Positions 34,506 through 38,270 of a stretch of 38,270 nt of DNA are shown in pieces. The notes under the pieces were generated by a model. It saw nothing but the letters and a program-made list of their open reading frames with translations. It was not told the origin of the DNA and ran no database searches. The stretch is taken from contig JAVBOF010000047.1 of the NCBI GenBank assembly GCA_031550915.1, forward strand, positions 1-38,270, in the 5' to 3' direction. The position numbers and the translations under genes were made by a program. Position 1 is the first letter of the stretch. Each line of letters opens with the position of its first letter. The DNA comes from Eubacteriales bacterium (GTDB lineage Bacteria > Bacillota > Clostridia > Christensenellales > MGBC116941).

Positions 34506-35939
34506 ATGATAGAGATCGTTCGCGAGACCATAGAAAAACACCGCATGCTGGAGTGCGGAAAGCTTGCTGCGGCGGTATCGGGAGGCATGGACAGCATGGC
34601 GCTCCTGCATGTGCTCATGGAGCTTTGCGCGGAATACGGCGTTCTTCTCTGCGTCATTCATATTGACCATGGTATTCGCGGAGTACGCTCGAAAGAAGAA
34701 GCGCGTTTCGTTGAACAGCACTGCAAGGATAGAAAAATCGAGTTTATGCTGATGCAGGCCGACGTGCCGGCGTTGGCTAAAAAACGGAAAATTGGGATAG
34801 AACACGCGGCAAGGGAAGCGAGGTATGCTCTTTTGGAAAGCGCTGCCCTGCGTATGGGTGCGGACAGGATCGCGGTCGCGCACCACAGGCGGGATAATGT
34901 TGAAACCGTACTCATGAACATGATACGGGGCAGCGGACTCAGGGGATTGCGCGGGATCTTGCCCGTTAATGGCGATATTATACGTCCTATGCTGTATGTT
35001 GGCAAAGAGCAGATCGAAGGATTTTGCAGGGACGAATGCATATTCTACATTAACGACGAAAGCAACGAAGACGACAAGTTTGTCCGTAACAGGATTAGGC
35101 ATAAACTATTGCCTAATATGATAATGTCTTTTGGCGGATCGGTCGAAGGGAGTATCGAGCGGCTTGCGCTGAACAGTGCGGTGGACGACGATTATTTGGA
35201 TAACGCCGCGGAAATTGCTTTTGAAGAGCTGGCCAGATGGGAATACGACGCTTTAGCGGTCAATATCGAAGCCTTTTTACTTTGCCACGAAGCCATCCGG
35301 CACAGGCTCGTGTTAAAAAGCCTGGAGCGCTTTGAAATATTCACGGATATACAGAGAAAAAATATTTTGGATATATATGACCTCTGCTGGAAGCCGTCCG
35401 GCAGCATGCTGGATATACCGGGAGGTATAACCGTGCATAAGGGATATGAAAGCTTATACTTTTTGCGCAATTCCGCAACGGTTGCGGATACGTCGCTTCC
35501 TTCCTTCGGTGAGTATTCTTTTGATTGGGGAACCTTGATCCTTGAGCTTTGTGACGAGATACCAGAGGATGTCACTTTGCACGGCAAGGATACGCAATAT
35601 ATTGATTATGATAAGTTGGTCGGAGGATTATCGATACGCATGAGACGGGAAGGGGATAGATTTTTTCCGCTTGGCGCTCCCGGCAGGAAAAAACTTAAGG
35701 AATACTTTATAGACCGCAAAGTCGAGCGCTTTCGGCGGGATGGGATACCGCTTTTGATAGATGATGAGGAAATAATCTGGATACTAGGCATGGATATAGC
35801 GGAAAAATGCAGGGTGACCGACAAAACTAAGAAAGTTGCGAGGTTATTTTATGAAAAATCAAAACTGGGAAGAGATCTTCATGAGGGATATCGAAAGGGT
35901 ACTATTTACGCAGGAACAGGTGGAGACCCGTATAGCTGA
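34506..35939 (+). CDS. tilS: tRNA(Ile)-lysidine synthetase
   Basis: 477 aa with the PP-loop AVSGGMDSMALL. The last ~30 codons overlap the hpt start in another frame. Confidence 0.92.
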   Translation: MIEIVRETIEKHRMLECGKLAAAVSGGMDSMALLHVLMELCAEYGVLLCVIHIDHGIRGVRSKEEARFVEQHCKDRKIEFMLMQADVPALAKKRKIGIEHAAREARYALLESAALRMGADRIAVAHHRRDNVETVLMNMIRGSGLRGLRGILPVNGDIIRPMLYVGKEQIEGFCRDECIFYINDESNEDDKFVRNRIRHKLLPNMIMSFGGSVEGSIERLALNSAVDDDYLDNAAEIAFEELARWEYDALAVNIEAFLLCHEAIRHRLVLKSLERFEIFTDIQRKNILDIYDLCWKPSGSMLDIPGGITVHKGYESLYFLRNSATVADTSLPSFGEYSFDWGTLILELCDEIPEDVTLHGKDTQYIDYDKLVGGLSIRMRREGDRFFPLGAPGRKKLKEYFIDRKVERFRRDGIPLLIDDEEIIWILGMDIAEKCRVTDKTKKVARLFYEKSKLGRDLHEGYRKGTIYAGTGGDPYS

Positions 35940-36414
35940 GCTGGGCGAGCAGATAACTGAAGATTACAGGACAAAGGATCTTGTGCTTGTAGGTATTTTG
36001 AATGGCGCTGTTATGTTTTTCTCGGAATTGGCTAAGAATATAAAACTGAATGCTGGTTTTGAGTTCATGGCAGTATCCAGCTATGGCTACAGCTCGAAGT
36101 CATCCGGAGTGGTCCGAACGCTAAAAGATCTGGACCGCCCGATAAAGGGCAAGGATGTAATAATTATCGAGGACATAGTGGATACCGGACTGACCTTACA
36201 ATATCTTATGGAAACATTGAAGGTCCGTGAACCGTCTACGATGAGGATATGTTCGCTTCTGCAAAAGCCTGATGCAAACTTGGCTGGCATAAAGGTGGAT
36301 TATCTCGGGTTTGAAGTTCCGGATGATTATGTTATAGGCTATGGGCTGGATTATGCGCAGAGATACAGGAATATGCCGTTTGTGGCTGTATTAAAGCCGG
36401 AAGTTTATCTATGA
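35851..36414 (+). CDS. hpt: Hypoxanthine(-guanine) phosphoribosyltransferase
   Basis: ORF 35836..36414. The ATG at 35851 has GAGGT 6-7 nt upstream, and the ATG at 35881 is an alternative. PRPP loop VIIIEDIVDTGLTL. The tilS-hpt-ftsH order matches Bacillus. Confidence 0.92.
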   Translation: MKNQNWEEIFMRDIERVLFTQEQVETRIAELGEQITEDYRTKDLVLVGILNGAVMFFSELAKNIKLNAGFEFMAVSSYGYSSKSSGVVRTLKDLDRPIKGKDVIIIEDIVDTGLTLQYLMETLKVREPSTMRICSLLQKPDANLAGIKVDYLGFEVPDDYVIGYGLDYAQRYRNMPFVAVLKPEVYL

Positions 36415-36421
36415 TGATATA

Positions 36422-36450
36422 TTGCAATGGGTATTTAGTAGTGGTATAAT
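36422..36450 (+). promoter_or_regulatory. Candidate sigma-A promoter with extended -10 for ftsH
   Basis: TTGCAA (36422-36427), 17 nt, then TGgTATAAT (36442-36450). It lies 40 nt upstream of the ftsH TTG. Confidence 0.55.
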
Positions 36451-36490
36451 ATTTAATTGCGAGAATATACAGCTTTGGAGGAAATAAGAT

Positions 36491-38270
36491 TTGAAGAGGT
36501 TTCTTAGAGGCCCGGGAATTTACCTGCTAATAATCCTCGTTATCATACTTTTGACAAGCAATCTAGGATTGCTTTCCAGTAACGATGACAAGGTATTATC
36601 CTATAACCCCGAGTTTCTTGATCTTGTAAAGCAGAACAAGATATCTAGTATTGTTATCATTGAAAATACGATTTACGGTCTATTTAAGGACACGACTGTA
36701 AAGGAAAAGGATTTTCCAAAGTATAACGACTTTAAAGTGTTTATGCCCAGTCAGGATGTATTAAACAGGGATCTTAGGCAGATATCTGCAGCGCAGGGCA
36801 AAAGCGGGGAAGATCTTTCCACAAAGGATATAGGTTTTACCATAAAATATGAACCGAAGCCGGAGCAGCCGTGGATACTGTCTTTCTTGCCGTACCTGCT
36901 TCTTTTGGTGTTGGTCGGAGGGCTTTTGTACTTCCTGATGCAGCAATCCCAGGGCGGCGGCAACCGTGTTATGTCGTTTGGCAAAAGCCGCGCGCGTATG
37001 AGCGTTGACGATAAAAACAAAAAGACGTTCGACGACGTAGCAGGCGCGGATGAAGAGAAGGAAGAACTTAAAGAAATCGTTGAGTTTCTTCGATCTCCGA
37101 AGCGGTTTTTGGATATGGGTGCAAGGATACCCAAGGGAGTTCTTTTGATCGGACCTCCCGGAACCGGAAAGACACTGTTGGCAAAAGCCGTTGCGGGGGA
37201 AGCTGGAGTGCCGTTCTTCAGCATAAGCGGATCGGATTTTGTAGAAATGTTCGTGGGCGTCGGGGCGTCTCGTGTAAGAGATCTTTTTGAGACCGCAAAG
37301 AAGAACAGCCCCTGTATTGTATTTATAGACGAGATAGACGCCGTTGGCAGGCACCGTGGTGCGGGCATGGGCGGCGGCCATGATGAAAGGGAACAGACGC
37401 TCAATCAGCTTTTGGTTGAGATGGATGGTTTCAATATAAATGAAGGCATAATAATTCTTGCAGCAACGAACCGCCCGGATATCCTGGATCCGGCGATGCT
37501 GCGTCCCGGAAGGTTTGACAGGCAGATAACTGTCAACGCACCGGATGTAAAAGGCCGTGAAGAGATCTTGCAGGTACATGCGCAGGGCAAGCCGTTTGAT
37601 GAAGAAGTCGATTTGAAGGTGTTGGCAAAACGCACACCGGGCTTTACAGGCGCCGATCTCGAAAATGTTTTGAACGAGGCTGCAATTCTGGCCGCAAGGC
37701 ACAGCCAGCCATCGATTCATATGAAACAACTCGAAGAAGCAATCACAAGGGTAATAGCGGGGCCGCAAAAGCGCAGCCGCGTTATTACGGATAAGGATAA
37801 GCGCACCACAGCCTACCATGAAGCAGGGCACGCTGTTATTGCTAAGGTACTTCCGAACTGCGATCCGGTGCATGAGGTATCCATCATACCGCGCGGTAGA
37901 GCCGCGGGGTATACGATGACCTTGCCTGAAGAAGATAGGATGTTTATGTCGCGCAGCCGTATGCTCGATGAGATATCCATGCTTTTGGGCGGACTGGTTG
38001 CAGAAAAAGTGATATTGGAGGATATCAGTACGGGCTCCTCCAACGATTTGAAACGCGCTACGGAATTGACGCGGAAGATGATTGTGGAATATGGCATGAA
38101 CGATATCGTCGGCCCCGTCTATTACGGTAACGGTGAGGAAATATTTATAGGCAGGGATTATGGACATACAAAAAATTACAGCGAGAAAATGGCAAGCACG
38201 ATAGACGAAGAGACCAGAAACGTCATTCAGCGCGCATATGATAAAACTGAAAAAATAATACAGGATACTA
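36491..38270 (+). CDS. ftsH: ATP-dependent zinc metalloprotease FtsH (5' ~593 codons; 3' end beyond the window)
   Basis: Absent from the ORF track because there is no stop in the window. The TTG at 36491 follows GGAGGA. My translation gives [21 protein letters not shown] (TM1), a periplasmic-type loop, then TM2 ([21 protein letters not shown]). AAA+ and protease motifs are Walker [14 protein letters not shown], Walker [11 protein letters not shown] and the zinc motif HEAGHA (~37819). Confidence 0.95.
   Translation, partial: MKRFLRGPGIYLLIILVIILLTSNLGLLSSNDDKVLSYNPEFLDLVKQNKISSIVIIENTIYGLFKDTTVKEKDFPKYNDFKVFMPSQDVLNRDLRQISAAQGKSGEDLSTKDIGFTIKYEPKPEQPWILSFLPYLLLLVLVGGLLYFLMQQSQGGGNRVMSFGKSRARMSVDDKNKKTFDDVAGADEEKEELKEIVEFLRSPKRFLDMGARIPKGVLLIGPPGTGKTLLAKAVAGEAGVPFFSISGSDFVEMFVGVGASRVRDLFETAKKNSPCIVFIDEIDAVGRHRGAGMGGGHDEREQTLNQLLVEMDGFNINEGIIILAATNRPDILDPAMLRPGRFDRQITVNAPDVKGREEILQVHAQGKPFDEEVDLKVLAKRTPGFTGADLENVLNEAAILAARHSQPSIHMKQLEEAITRVIAGPQKRSRVITDKDKRTTAYHEAGHAVIAKVLPNCDPVHEVSIIPRGRAAGYTMTLPEEDRMFMSRSRMLDEISMLLGGLVAEKVILEDISTGSSNDLKRATELTRKMIVEYGMNDIVGPVYYGNGEEIFIGRDYGHTKNYSEKMASTIDEETRNVIQRAYDKTEKIIQDT

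Noticed and set aside
34227-35102. 291-codon minus-strand ORF spanning the dnaX end and the tilS start
   Set aside because: It is antisense to two well-supported genes and crosses their intergenic gap. It has no RBS, and the sequence is low in information. It is a shadow ORF.
36761-38167. Very long (468-codon) open reading frame on the minus strand, antisense to ftsH
   Set aside because: It is in exact antisense codon register with ftsH. Stops in that frame can only arise from the sense codons TTA, CTA and TCA, which this highly expressed gene avoids. The product is compositionally odd (rich in R, H, F and C), has no recognisable motif or RBS, and is fully contained in a strongly supported gene. 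It is a shadow ORF.
1-38270. Scan for tRNA or rRNA genes, CRISPR repeats, IS or transposase ends, integrases, DnaA-box clusters and toxin-antitoxin pairs
   Set aside because: Nothing convincing appeared on either strand. There are no T-loop GGTTCGAATCC-type motifs outside coding context, no regularly spaced direct repeats, no recombinase-like ORFs and no TTATCCACA clusters.

Overview
This window reads as an ordinary, gene-dense core-genome segment of a spore-forming Firmicute, probably Clostridia-like, with mid-40s %GC judged by eye. About 36 protein genes are packed with short intergenic gaps. I found no rRNA, tRNA, CRISPR array, IS or transposase, or phage genes.

Many genes are ones that lie near the replication origin in Bacillus subtilis:
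- pth-mfd, with mfd running off the left edge
- ybaB-recR
- yaaL-bofA
- dnaX
- tilS-hpt-ftsH, with ftsH running off the right edge

Other recognisable genes:
- spoIID
- a translationally coupled Lrp/aminotransferase/Cof-HAD/DUF362/trmL block
- a split transketolase
- a beta-CASP MBL nuclease
- an M20 peptidase
- a two-gene amino-acid ABC importer
- a ywmB-like gene followed by murA
- pgk-tpiA-gpmI
- an orphan AraC regulator
- an MFS transporter
- an isopropylmalate/homocitrate-synthase-family enzyme (possibly Re-citrate synthase) paired with an aspartate aminotransferase
- a small thioredoxin-like gene

mfd and ftsH are missing from the supplied ORF track because they have no stop in the window. 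I recovered both by translating the sequence myself.

I do not see convincing evidence for a new multi-gene system such as defence, biosynthesis or a mobile element. The leads worth a second look are:
1. A tandem pair of secreted SH3b/peptidoglycan-binding proteins that share a C-terminal domain I cannot assign. It has a His...Cys signature (HG...CIHL) that loosely recalls YkuD-type L,D-transpeptidases.
2. An AT-rich, ORF-poor 400-bp gap with four Spo0A-box-like heptamers upstream of the orphan AraC gene, next to a small Cys-rich ORF.
3. Two genes (tpiA and the MFS transporter) whose conserved N-termini and Shine-Dalgarno sites point to ATT start codons, in a window where TTG starts are already frequent.
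4. An intergenic region crowded with TTTGCAA-type palindromes.
5. A scrambled dnaX / ybaB-recR / yaaL-bofA neighbourhood.

All family assignments rest on motifs I recognise by eye. No database search was run.
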